From Octopus sinensis (taxonomy: Eukaryota): DNA of 52,845 nt. The position numbers were made by a program, and so were the translations under genes. Below, piece by piece: positions 23,636-36,100 of this stretch; the first letter of the stretch is position 1, and each line of letters begins with the position of its first letter. Location of the stretch: contig NW_021835522.1 of NCBI RefSeq assembly GCF_006345805.1, positions 1 through 52,845 of the forward strand, in the 5' to 3' direction. Below the pieces are notes generated by a model. It searched no databases and was not told where the DNA came from. It worked only from the letters and a program-made list of their open reading frames with translations.

Positions 23636-25298
23636 GCCGTCTCATTAAAATTTTCCTCTCTCTGGGGATTTTGTTCTTGTGTACAGTGGCCTTTATCTCT
23701 GGGACACATTTGTAGCATATGGCTTGCATTTCAGACATGAATTGTTGAAGTTTCACGTCGATGTCTGGCGAGGAGAGACATTTAGGCCAGTTTTGTTTCA
23801 GGATCTCTTTCTCAATTTGTTTCCAGTTTGCCTTATGGAAGTTCAAGCTGGAAAGATTCTGAGGGATTTTGTAGGCTGCATGTCCATGCTTTCCTTTGGC
23901 CCGTACATGGTCAGCTCTACCATGTTGTGATCCGAGAGTAGTGTCGGTGTCACTTTCACATTATGGATGAGATCCATATTATTTGTGAAGCTGCGATCCA
24001 GTGTGTTACCTGCCCTGTTTGGTTGGAGTATTACTTGCTCCATGTACAGGGTGTTGATGAGGTTCAGGAGGGACCTCGCCTGTCCTCGTTCACATCTTGT
24101 CATTCCTGGGAGAGAAAGGCCCTCGGGCCATCTGACATTGGGTAGATTGAAGTCTCCCATAAGAAGTACACTTATGTGTTGTTCTAATGTGATTAGAACT
24201 TCTGTTTTTATAAGGCAGTCTTCAAACTTGCACACATGGCTTGGGGCATCTGGAGGGCGATATGTAGCACTCACAACTACATCAAGTTGCCTTATATGTA
24301 CAATTAGTGTGTCACACACCGAGTTTGAGTATGACAAAAGGACCTGGGGTTTGAGGTCCTCACGGATGTACATAGCAACTCCTCCATGCTCCTTTCTTTT
24401 CTGTCGGTCCGTAGTACAACATACTGTGGTATGTGTAATTCCGCATCTGCTATGTCCGGTTTCAGGTGCGTTTCCGTAAGTGCTATGCATAAGGCTTGAT
24501 TGCATGCAACAAAGTCTCTCAAGACGGATTTTTGTCCTATTACTAAGTGTTTGCAGTCCTCTGATGTTCAGTAGGAGCATTGAGGTGAGGTGTATGCTGT
24601 TGCCGGCGGTGTCCACCCTGGGTCTATTTGCTGTGGTGGTCTTGTATATTGTGGGTAGTCCCATTTGAGTGCTTGGTTTTGTTGAAGCCTGGTTAGCTGC
24701 TGTACAATCTTTTGTGCCATGCACAAAAAATATTATTGTTCAGCAGCTGCCCTTTCAACAACATCATGTTGGCGGCTTGTGGCACGCACCACATCTGCGT
24801 ACCTCCGTTTTGGGGCAGGTGGTGCGTGGTCCATCCTTTTTCCTTTTGTTAGTTTGTTTCTGATCTGTTTCGTGTCTCTGCGGCAGGGTCCCCGATGTGC
24901 AGTACGGCAGCCTGCACCTTCCTCTCCATGCCAGCAGGTACCTCTCAGGTAGAACCTACACACCCGTGTGCGCTGTTTGTTTCCATCCGTTTTGGTATAT
25001 GGATAGTCAGTTTTAATTCTATTCTTGGCTGTTTCATTTTTTGGTTTTGTTTGTGTTTTTATTTTAGTTTTTCCTCCTTTTATTTCTTCTTTGGGTTCTT
25101 CATCTCCATGGCTTTTGGTGCAGGTAGGAGCACTTGCACTTGGGTTTACTTCCCGGGCAGGTTTCTCCCTTGAAACCTCTTCCTGGGTGTCTACTAGGTG
25201 GGGATGACTTCTTTCATCAGCACCCGTGTCTCCAGCCTTGCCATCTTTACTTTGTTCGTTCTCAAAGATGGCATCAAGCGTGCCAATGTGAGATCTTA
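23636..25298 (-). mobile_element. CR1-like LINE family A, ORF1 (5'-truncated) + endonuclease half, inverted relative to the adjacent RT half
   Basis: CRFYLRGTCWHGEEGAGCRTAH, MLLLNIRG, ALTETHL, YRPP, LMGDFNLP. Reverse complement of ~48830-50490. Confidence 0.92.
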
Positions 25299-25301
25299 AT
25301 A

Positions 25302-25680
25302 GGCGCAGGAGTGGCTGTGTGGTAAGTAGCTTGCTAACCAACCACATGGTAATGGGTTCAGTCATAATGCATGGCATCTTGGGCAAGTGTCTTCTGCTAT
25401 AGCCCCGGGCCGACCAATGCCTTGTGAGTGGATTTGGTAGAGGGAAACTGAAAGAAGCCTGTCGTATATATGTGTATGTGTGTGTGTTTGTCCCCCTAGC
25501 ATTGCTTGACAACCGATGCTGGTGTGTTTCTGGCCCTGTCACTTAGCGGTTCGGCAAAAGAGACTGATAGAATAAGTACTGGGCTTACAAAGAATAAGTC
25601 CCAGGGTCGATTTGCTCGACTAAAGGTGGTGCTCCAGCATGGCCGCAGTCAAATGACTGAAACAAGTAAAAGAGTAAAGA
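25302..25680 (+). mobile_element. Full-length tRNA-derived SINE
   Basis: A-box-like TGGCTGTGTGG, B-box-like GGGTTCAGTC, CTTGGGCAAGT (CORE-like, from memory), internal (TG)n, 3' hairpin CAGTC-AAAT-GACTG, AAGTAAAAGAG tail. Confidence 0.88.
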
Positions 25681-25809
25681 GGACATATATACATATATAT
25701 ACATACATATATATATATATATATATACATATATACATACATATACATACATATATATATATATATATACATATATACATACATATATATATATATACAT
25801 ATATACATA

Positions 25810-26930
25810 CATCATCATCATCATCATCATCATCATTTAGCGTCCGTTTTCCATGCTAGCATGGGTTGGACGGTTCAACTGGGGTCTGGGGAGCCCGAAG
25901 GCTGCACCAGGCCAGTCAGATCTGGCAGTGTTTCTACAGCTGGATGCCCTTCCTAACGCCAACCACTCCGAGAGTGTAGTGGGTGATTTTATGTGCCACC
26001 GACACAGGTGCCAGACGAGGCTGGCGAACGGCCACGCTCGGATGGTGTTTTTTATTGTCCACCGACACAGGTGCCAGACGAGGCTGGCAGACGGCCACGC
26101 TCGGATGGTGTTTTTATGTGCCACCGACACAGGTGCCAGATGCGGCTGGCAGGTGCCAGACGAGGCTGGCAGACGGCCACGCTCGGATGGTGTTTTTATG
26201 TGCCACCGACACAGGTGCCAGATGAGGCTGGCGGACGGCCACGATCGGATGGTGTTTGTTACGTCCCCAAAGCACGGAGGCCAGTCTATGTGGTACTGGC
26301 TACGGCCACGTTCGGATGATTTTCTTGTGTGCCACCGGCACTGGTACCACAAAGATACAAATTCCATTTATGTTCATCTATTTTGATTTGTTTTGATTTG
26401 ATTTGATTTTGATTTTGATTTTCACTTGCCTCAACAGGTCTTCACAAGTGTCACAAGAAGGAAGGTATGCACAGGTGGACTGTCTACGTCGCCGGGTCTT
26501 CGGATGGTGTCTTTATGTGCCACCGACACAGGTGCCAGATGTGGCTGGCGAACGGCCACGATCGGATGGTTTTCTTGTGTGCCACCGGTACTGGAACCAC
26601 AAAGATACAAATTCCATTGATGTTCATCTATTTTGATTTGGTTTGATTTTCACTTGCCTCAACAGGTCTTCACAAGTGTCACGCGTGTCACACACTTGCC
26701 TCAACAGGTCTCCACAAGTGTCACACACTTGCCTCTGCCTCAACAGGTCTTCACAAAGTGTCACACACTTGCCTCTGCCTCAACAGGTCTTCACAAGTGT
26801 CATAAGAGGGAAGGTATGCACAGGTGGACTGACTACGTCGCCGGGTCTTGGATGGTGTTTTTATGTGCCACCGACACAGGTGCCAGGTGAGGCTGGCGAA
26901 CGGCCACGATCAGATGGTGTTTGTTGTGCC
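25810..26930 (-). mobile_element. RTE LINE 3' UTR with expanded VNTR and internal tandem re-duplications
   Basis: Reverse-complement match to 60-722, then re-entry into the VNTR at 26487 and 26838. Confidence 0.88.
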
Positions 26931-27190
26931 CACATATATATATATATACATATATACATACATATATATATACATACATATATACATACATATATACATA
27001 CATACATATACACATACATATATACATACATACATATACACATACATATATACATACATACATATACACATACATATATATATACATATATATATATATA
27101 CATATATATATACATATATATACTTATATATATATATACATACATATATATATATATATACATTATATATATATATACATATATATATAC

Positions 27191-27221
<31 letters not shown>

Positions 27222-27341
27222 CATATATATTATAACATCTATATATATATATACATATATATATACATACATATATATATATATACATATATATATATAC
27301 ATATATATATATACATATAATATATATATATATACATATAT
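26931..27341. repeat. (TA)n/(TACA)n microsatellite
   Basis: Direct reading. Confidence 0.95.
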
Positions 27342-28347
27342 AATTAAAAATGAGGGTGTCTAAAAGACACCAACATGCCGAAATAGCAGTCGAAACACTG
27401 ACTATAGTACCACGTTAAATGTACACATCGCACCATGAGGTAAAGCGGAGGGACAAAACATACAAGCAAAAATTATTGAATAATTCAAGAATAATTCAAT
27501 TGAATATATCAAGGGTACATCAATACAGATATATATATGCACAGCAAACGATATACTTACATATACGAGCGTCATACATACATACATATGCACGTATGGA
27601 CACAGCCAGTTTGAATCGCCCGCCAAATCACCGCATAAGTACGATATGGTTAAAATAAGCACCGCAGTGAATATAATAACAAATTATATAAATTTATATA
27701 TGAGGATAATATCGATATTTAAGTGTCGAAATTATCAAGTGGCCAGCATGAAAGAAATACCTTACAAAGGTAAAAAAATTTTTTAACAATTAAAAATGAG
27801 GGTGTCTAAAAGACACCAACATGCCGAAATAGCAGTCGAAACACTGACTATAGTACCACGTTAAATGTACATATCGCACCATGAGGTAAAGCGGAGGGAC
27901 AAAACATACAAGCAAAAATTATTGAATAATTCAAGATCCAATAATTCAAGATCCAAGCATATGTATGTATGTACGACGATCATATATGTAAGTATATCGT
28001 TTGCTGTGCATATATATATCTGTATTGATGTACCCTTGATATATTCAATTGATAACGGTAAAGCTTATCTAAAGCAGAACCAGAAATCCTTGGATCTTGA
28101 ATTATTCAATAATTTTTGCTTGTATGTTTTGTCCCTCCGCTTTACCTCATGGTGCGATATGTACATTTAACGTGGTACTATAGTCAGTGTTTCGACTGCT
28201 ATTTCGGCATGTTGGTGTCTTTTAGACACCCTCATTTTTAATTGTTAAAAAAAATTTTTTTACCTTTGTAAGGTATTTCTTTCATGCTGGCCACTTGATA
28301 ATTTCGACACTTAAATATTGATATTATCCTCATATATAAATTTATAT
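27342..28347. repeat. Tandem-plus-inverted fold-back element (446-bp period; ~256-bp arms 27686-27941 / 28090-28347)
   Basis: AATTAAAAATGAGGGTGTCTAAAAGACACC at 27342 and 27788, reverse complement near 28215-28243. 27957-28051 is an inverted copy of 27497-27591. Confidence 0.88.
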
Positions 28348-28349
28348 AC

Positions 28350-28386
<37 letters not shown>

Positions 28387-28399
28387 CATATATATATAC

Positions 28400-28468
<69 letters not shown>

Positions 28469-28516
28469 CATATATATATAATATATATACATATATATAT
28501 ATATATACATATATAT

Positions 28517-28557
<41 letters not shown>

Positions 28558-28592
<35 letters not shown>

Positions 28593-29465
28593 GTTTAACG
28601 TCCGCTTTCCATGCTAGCATGGGTTGGACGGTTCAACTGGGGTCTGGCAAGCTCGAAGGCTGCACCAGGCCAGTCAGATCTGGTAGTGTTTCTACAGCTG
28701 GATGCCCTTCCTAACGCCAACCACTCCAAGAGTGTAGTGGGTGATTTTATGTGCCACCGACACAGGTGCCAGACGAGGCTGGCAGACGGCCACGCTCGGA
28801 TGGTGTTTTTATGTGCCACCGACACAGGTACCAGACGAGGCTGGCAGACGGCCACGCTCGGATGGTGTTTTTATGTGCCACCGACACAGGTGCCAGATGA
28901 GGCTGGCGAACGGCCACGCTCGGATGGTGTTTGTTACGTGCCCTCAGCACGGAGGCCAGTCGATGCGGTACTGGCTACGGTCACGTTCGGATGGTTTTCT
29001 TATGTGCCACCGGCACTGGTACCACAAGGATACCAGTTCCATTGATGTTCATCTATTTTGATTTGGTTTGATTTGATTTGATTTGATTTGATTGATTTTC
29101 ACTTGCCTCTACAGGTCTTCACAAGTGTCACAAGAAGGTAGGTATGCACAGGTGGACTGACTACGTCCCAGGTAGGGGCCACAGGTTATGGCTTCACTAG
29201 TCTTGCCGGGTCTTCTCACGCACAGCATACTTCCATAGGTCTCGGTCTCTAGTCATTTCCATGGTGGGACCTAACGTTCGAAGGTCGTGCTTCACCACCT
29301 CGTCCCAGGTTTTCCTGAGTCTACCTCTTCCACGGGTTCCCTCAACTGCTAGGGATTGGCACTTTCTCACACACCTATCATCATTCTTCTCGCCACATGA
29401 CCATACCAGCGCAATCGTCTCTCTTGCACACCACAACTGATGCTTCTTAGGTACCAAACATTTCT
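28558..29465 (-). mobile_element. RTE LINE 3' end (C-terminal ORF + 3' UTR + (GAT)n)
   Basis: ORF 29197-29457 GTRGRGRLRKTWDEVVKHDLRTLG..DRDLWKYAVREKTRQD. Tail at 28558-28591. Confidence 0.9.
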
Positions 29466-29474
29466 CTCAATTTA

Positions 29475-29595
29475 AACGTATATATATATACATATACATA
29501 TATATACATATATATACATATATATATACATATACATATATATACATATATATACATATATATACATATATATACACATATATACATATATATAC

Positions 29596-29632
<37 letters not shown>

Positions 29633-29770
29633 TATATACATATTTATACATATATATATACATATATATATATACATATATATATATACATATAATATAT
29701 ACATATAATATACAATATATATATACATATATATACATATATATATACATATATATATACACATATATAA
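29475..29770. repeat. (TA)n/(TACA)n microsatellite
   Basis: Direct reading. Confidence 0.95.
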
Positions 29771-29771
29771 T

Positions 29772-32207
29772 ACATAAACCAGGAGATCCAGCGAGCTATC
29801 ACCAACCATCTATGCAAATCACAAGGACCACTCACCCATTACCAACTTCCCTTACCTCGACATTCCTGTTAAATGTACGTGGCATTAACCCATCAATTAT
29901 TGCCCAAAAATGGAAGATCCCATATATAGAGAGTTGGCTTGCTGAAATGGCACATTGCTTCCCTTTCTTTATCCTTACCGAGACTCACCTGAACAACACC
30001 CATATGGACACAGAGGTGAAAATAAAAGATTTCACCATTGTTCGTGCGGATCGCAGAGACCGAAATAAGGGAGGGACAGCCATCTTTATCCATGACTCCT
30101 TTTCACTTGATGCCAAGGACATATTTTCCAATGGCTACTGTGAATCGATATCACTATACAACAAAGCCAAGGACATAACCATTGTTGGTCTTTACAGGCC
30201 TCCCCAGGCACCTCTAAAGTACTTTGAAGAGTGCCTTAGCAAAGTTAAGTCCTTCCTTCGGATGTACCACTCCGGAAACATACTAGTGATGGGTGATTTT
30301 GACCTCCCTCATGTGAACTGGCCCACAAATACTCCGAAGTTAGGCAAGTGCTCTACATCAGATAGAGCAGCAGCAGAACTGCTCTTTAATCTGATGGATG
30401 AGTATTTCCTGACTCAGCTAGTGCTTGAACCAACGAGACAGAATAAAACGATCTTCGATCTGGTATTGACCAATCACTCTAGCTACGTTCACAGCATTTC
30501 AGTCAAAAAAACTCTCCTCTCAGACCACGACATGGTACTCTGCAATCTTAATTCCCGACATATAAAAACCAAACCAGCCAATCCCACTCCATGGCACCCA
30601 TTTGACAACATAAACTTCCACAAAGCGGACTGGGGAACAATCAGAAAGGATCTGTCTTCCATCGACTGGTCTTTTACTCTCAATTCCCCTCATATTGAGA
30701 CCGCGTGGCAGCGCTTTGACAACATTGTCACCTATACATGCTCTAAACACGCTCCCAAGAAATCTACTAACACAAGCAGAAACCGGCTCCCAAAAAAGAA
30801 AAAAACACTCATCAGGCGCATCAAAAGACTTAACAAAAAAATCAACCAATTAAAATATTCCCACACACAACATCCACATTCAACAACAATGAAAAGACTA
30901 GAGCTGGAAAAACTTCATCTGCAGACTAACATGAAAACCTCCATTGAAAATCAAAGATCTGTGGAGGAAGAATGGGTAATCAAAAACATCAAACAGAACC
31001 CAAAAGTGTTCTATTCTTATGCAAATAAGCATAGAACCATGTCTCACCCATTGGGCCATTGATTGATGATAACGGCATTCCCCAACACGATGCTAAAGAA
31101 ATGGCAGAAATACTGCAGAAACAATACTGCTCTGTCTTCAGTGTTCCCACTGATATTGACGTGAGGGAAACGAACGAAGTTGACTCCCAAACAAAATCTC
31201 AAACATAACCTTCACTGCCACCAACATCGTAGCAGCAATAAATGAGGTCAAACATTACTCTGCTGTAGGCCCTGATAGATTTCCCGCTAGTCTCCTGAAG
31301 GAATGTAGATATCAACTTGCAGTCCCTCTGACCAACCTCTGGAGAAATTCGTTAGACGCAGTTTATACCGAAACAGTTTCTATCCCAGTCGGTCATCTGG
31401 TTTTCAAACAGGGAACAGATCCCTCGCAGTCAACTATCGCCCAATCTCACTCACCTCCCACATCATTAAAGTGTTTGAAAGAGTGTTAAGATCAAGGATG
31501 GCTGACTTCCTGGAGACCCACAAACTCCTAAATTCAAATCAGCATGGCTTTCGCTGTGGCAGGGACTGTCTACACAGCTCTTACACCACTTGAAGATGTA
31601 CTCAAAGCCTTGGGAACAGGTTCGAACTCTGACGTCATATATCTTGACTTCAGTAAAGCGTTCGACAGGGTAGACCATAACATCCTACTCTCAAAATTGG
31701 CAAATGTTGGAATCCGTGGAAAAGTTCTACACTGGATAAAGTATTTCCTGGTGAATAGAACACAACATGTTGTAGTTGATGGAGTGCACGCAAACCCAGC
31801 AAAAGTCACCAGTGGTGTTCCCAGGGAACTGTTTTGGGTCCGTTACTCTTCATAGTTTACATAAACGACCTTTCCAGTGTCGTACATTACTGCAAAGTGA
31901 AAATATTCGCTGATGACACTAAGCTCCAGCAAATCGTCAATGAAGAAGCAGACCGAACTCAACTCCAGTCTGATCTATATGCTGTGAGTCAATGGGCAGA
32001 CAGAAACAAAATGCAACTGAATGAGGGAAAATTTGAGCTGATGCATTTTGGAAAAAATTCCTCACTAAAAAAACCATACTCTCTTCCTTCAGGGGAACCG
32101 CTCACAGCCTCTGACAATATCAGAGACCTGGGTGTAATTGTTGATGACGATCTCAGTTGAAGTGCACACATCAACAAGAAGGTCGATATAGCTCGTAGGA
32201 TGAGTTC
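29772..32207 (+). mobile_element. CR1-like LINE family B (open endonuclease ORF, frameshifted RT, 3'-truncated)
   Basis: ORF 29812-31062: [33 protein letters not shown] pieces: YRPISLTSHIIKVFERV, DFSKAFDRVDH, IFADDTKL. Confidence 0.92.
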
Positions 32208-32560
32208 ACTGCTTTCAATTTTTTGTTTAGGCGATTTGAAATTTTTGTACGCCGTCTCATTAAAATTTCCTCTCTCTGGGGATTTTGTTCTTGTGTACAG
32301 TGGCTTTCTCTCTGGGACACATTTGTAGCATATGGCTTGCATTACAGACATGAATTGTTGAAGCCTCACGTCGATGTCTGGCGAGGAGAGACATTCAGCC
32401 AGTTTTGTTGAGGATCTCTTTCTCAATTTGTTCCAGTTGCCTTATGGTAGTTCAAGCTGGAAAGATTCTGAGGGTTTCTTGTAGGCTGCATGTCCATGCT
32501 TTCATTGGCCCGTACAGGGTCAGCTCTACCATGTTGTGATCCGAGAGTAGTGTCGGTGTT
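32208..32560 (-). mobile_element. Short inverted fragment of CR1-like family A (EN-RT linker)
   Basis: Reverse complement of ~50170-50535 (TPTLLSDHNMVELT, NYHKA.W, CYKCVPE). Confidence 0.88.
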
Positions 32561-32561
32561 A

Positions 32562-32616
32562 CTACTATACATATACATATACATATAGAATATACTATAT
32601 ATATATATAAATATAC

Positions 32617-32654
<38 letters not shown>

Positions 32655-33068
32655 TACATATATATACATATATACATATATACACATATATACATATATA
32701 CACCATATATACATATACACAGATATAACATTATATACATATATACATATATATATACATATTACATATATATACATATATACATATATATACATATATA
32801 TACATATATACATATATATACATATATACATATATACATATATATACATATATATACATATATACATATATATACATAATACATATATATACATATATAC
32901 ATATATGACATATATACATATATATATATAGATATATAGATATATATTATATAATATATACATATACAAATATATATATAAATACATATATATATACATA
33001 TATACATATATAATATACATATATACATATAATATATATATATATATATCTTTATATATATATATATA

Positions 33069-33127
<59 letters not shown>
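32562..33127. repeat. ~570-bp (TA)n/(TACA)n microsatellite at the left border of the satellite
   Basis: Direct reading. Confidence 0.95.
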
Positions 33128-36100
33128 TTGTCTCTTCACTTCTCCACTACTGTCACATTCTCTTCTCTCACCTTCTCATCTCTCTCTTTCAGCCATTCAA
33201 TCTTCCTTGTCTCTTCACTTCTCCACTTCTCTGTCACAATCTCTCCTCTCTCACCTTCTCATCTCTCTTCTTTCAGCCATTCAATCTTCCCTTGTTTCTT
33301 CACTTCTCCACTTCTCTGTCACAATCTCTCCTTCTCATCTCTCTTCTTTAGGCCAGTCAATCTTTACTTCCCTCTATCACACCATCTCTCTTCTTTCAGC
33401 CATTCAATCTTCCCTTGTCTCTTCACTTCTCCACTTCTCTGTCACAATCTCTCCTCTCTCAACTTCTCATCTCTCTTCTTTCAGCCATTGAATCTTTACT
33501 TCTCTCTATCACACCATCTCTCTTCTTTCAGCCATTCAATCTTCCTTTGTCTCTTCACTTCTCCACTTCTCTGTCACAATCTCTCCTCTCTCACCTCCTC
33601 ATCTCTCATCTTTCAGCCATTCAATCTTCCTTTGTCTCTTCACTTCTCCACTTCTCTGTCACAATCTCTCCTCTCTCACCTCCTCATCTCTCATCTTTCA
33701 GCCATTCAATCTTTACTTCTCTCTATCACACCATCTCTCTTCTTTCAGCCATTCAATCTTCCTTTGTCTCTTCACTTCTCCACTTCTCTCTGTCACAATC
33801 TCTCCTCTCTCACCTTCTCATCTCTCTTCTTTCAGCCATTCAATCTTTCTTTGTCTCTTCACTTCTCCACTTCTCTGTCACAATCTCTCCTCTCTCACCT
33901 TCTCATCTCTTTTCTTTCAGCCATTCAATCTTTACTTCTCTCTATCAAACCATCTCTCTTCTTTCAGCCATTCAATCTTCCCTTGTCTCTTCACTTCTCC
34001 ACTTCTCTGTCACAATCTCTCCTCTCTCACCTTCTCATCTCTCTTCTTTCAGCCATTCAATCTTCCCTTGTCTCTTCACTTCTCCACTTCTCTGTCACAA
34101 TCTCTCCTCTCTCACCTTCTCATCACTCTTCTTACAGCCATTCAATCTTTACTTCTCTCTATCACACAATCTCTCTTCTTTCAGCCATTCAATCTTCCCT
34201 TGTCTCTTCACTTCTCCACTTCTCTGTCACAATTTCTCCTCTCTCACCTTCTCATCTCTCTTCATTCAGCCATTCAATCTTCCCTTGTCTCTTCACTTCT
34301 CCACTTCTCTGTCACAATCTCTCCTCTCTCACCTTCTCATCTCTCTTCTTTCAGCCATTCAATCTTCCTTTGTCTCTTCACTTCTCCACTTCTCTGTCAC
34401 AATCTCTCCTCTCTCACCTTCTCATCTCTCTTCTTTCAGCCATTCAAACTTTACTCATCTCTATCACACCATCTCTCTTCTTTCAGCCATTCAATCTTCC
34501 CTTGTCTCTTCACTTCTCCACTTCTCTGTCACAATCTATCCTCTCTCACCTCCTCATCTCTCTTTTTTCAGCCATTCAATCTTTACATCTCTCTATCACA
34601 CCATCTCTCTTCTTTCAGCCATTCAATCTTCCCTTGTCTCTTCACTTCTCCACTTCTCTGTCACAATCTCTCCTCTCTCACCTCTCATCTCTCTTCTTTC
34701 AGCCATTCAATCTTTACTTCTCTCTATCACACCATCTCCTCTTTCAGCCATTCAATCTTCCCTTGTCTCTTCACTTCTCCACTTCTCTGTCACAATCTCT
34801 TCTCTCTCACATTCTCATCTCTCTTCTTTCAGCCATTCAATCTTTACTTCTCTCTATCACATCCTCTCTTCTTTCAGCCATTCATTCTTCCCTTGTCTCT
34901 TCACTTCTCCACTGCTCTGTCACAATCTCTCCTCTCTCCCCCTTCTCATCTCTCTTCTTTCAGCATTTTCATCTTTACTTCTCTCTATCACATCATCTCT
35001 CTTCTTTCAGCCATTCATTCTTCCCTTGTCTCTTCACTTCTCCACTGCTCTGTCACAATCTCTCCTCTCTCACCTTCTCATCTCTCTTCTTTCAGCCATT
35101 CAATCTTCCCTTGTTTCTTCACTTCTTCCACTTCTCTGTCACAATCTCTCCTTCTCATCTCTCTTCTTTAGGCCAGTCAATCTTTACTTCCCTCTATCAC
35201 ACCATCTCTCTTCTTTCAGCCATTCAATCTTCCTTTCTCTTCACTTCTCCACTCTCTCTGTCACAATCTCTCCTCTCTCAACTTCTCATCTCTCTTCTTT
35301 CAGCCATTGAATCTTTACTTCTCTCTATCACACCATCTCTCTTTTTTCAGCCATTCAATCTTCCTTTGTCTCTTCACTTCTCCCTTCTCTGTCACAATCT
35401 CTCCTCTCTCACCTCCTCATCTCTCATCTTTCAGCCATTCAATCTTCCTTTGTCTCTTCACTTCTCCACTTCTCTGTCACATCTCTCCTCTTCACCTCCT
35501 CATCTCTCATCTTTCAGCCATTCAATCTTTACTTCTCTCTATCACACCATCTCTCTTCTTTCAGCCATTCATCTTCCTTTGTCTCTTCACTTCTCCACTT
35601 CTCTCTGTCACAATCTCTCTCCTCTCTCACCTTCTCATCTCTCTTCTTTCAGCCATTCAATCTTTCTTTGTCTCTTCACTTCTCCACTTCTCTGTCACAA
35701 TCTCTCCTCTCTCTCACCTTCTCATCTCTTTTCTTTCAGCCATTCAATCTTTACTTCTCTCTATCAAACCATCTCTCTTCTTTCAGCCATTCAATCTTCC
35801 TTGTCTCTTCACTTCTCCACTTCTCTGTCACAATCTCTCCTCTCTCACCTTCTCATCTCTCTTCTTTCAGCCATTCATCTTCCCTTGTCTCTCACTTCTC
35901 CACTTCTCTGTCACAATCTCTCCTCTCTCACCTTCTCATCACTCTTCTTACAGCCATTCAATCTTTACTTCTCTCTATCACACACATCTCTCTTCTTTCA
36001 GCCATTCAATCTTCCCTTGTCTCTTCTTCACTTCTCCACTTCTCTGTCACAATTTCTCCTCTCTCACCTTCTCATCTCTCTTCATTCAGCCATTCAATCT

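Noticed and set aside
27345-27380. Hammerhead-like arrangement ATGAG-GGTGTC-TAAAA-GACACC-AACATG
   Set aside because: Lacks both CTGA and GAAA core residues identically in all three copies, so only the hairpin is supported.
29812-31062. 416-aa open ORF as a host endonuclease/phosphatase gene
   Set aside because: It is the APE domain of a LINE ORF2, followed directly by frameshifted RT motifs.
11998-33139. Many YI/YT/CV-repeat ORFs (e.g. 11998-12292, 21110-21867, 26833-27363, 28238-28617, 29447-29835, 32423-33139)
   Set aside because: Translations of (TA)n/(TACA)n/(TG)n microsatellites.
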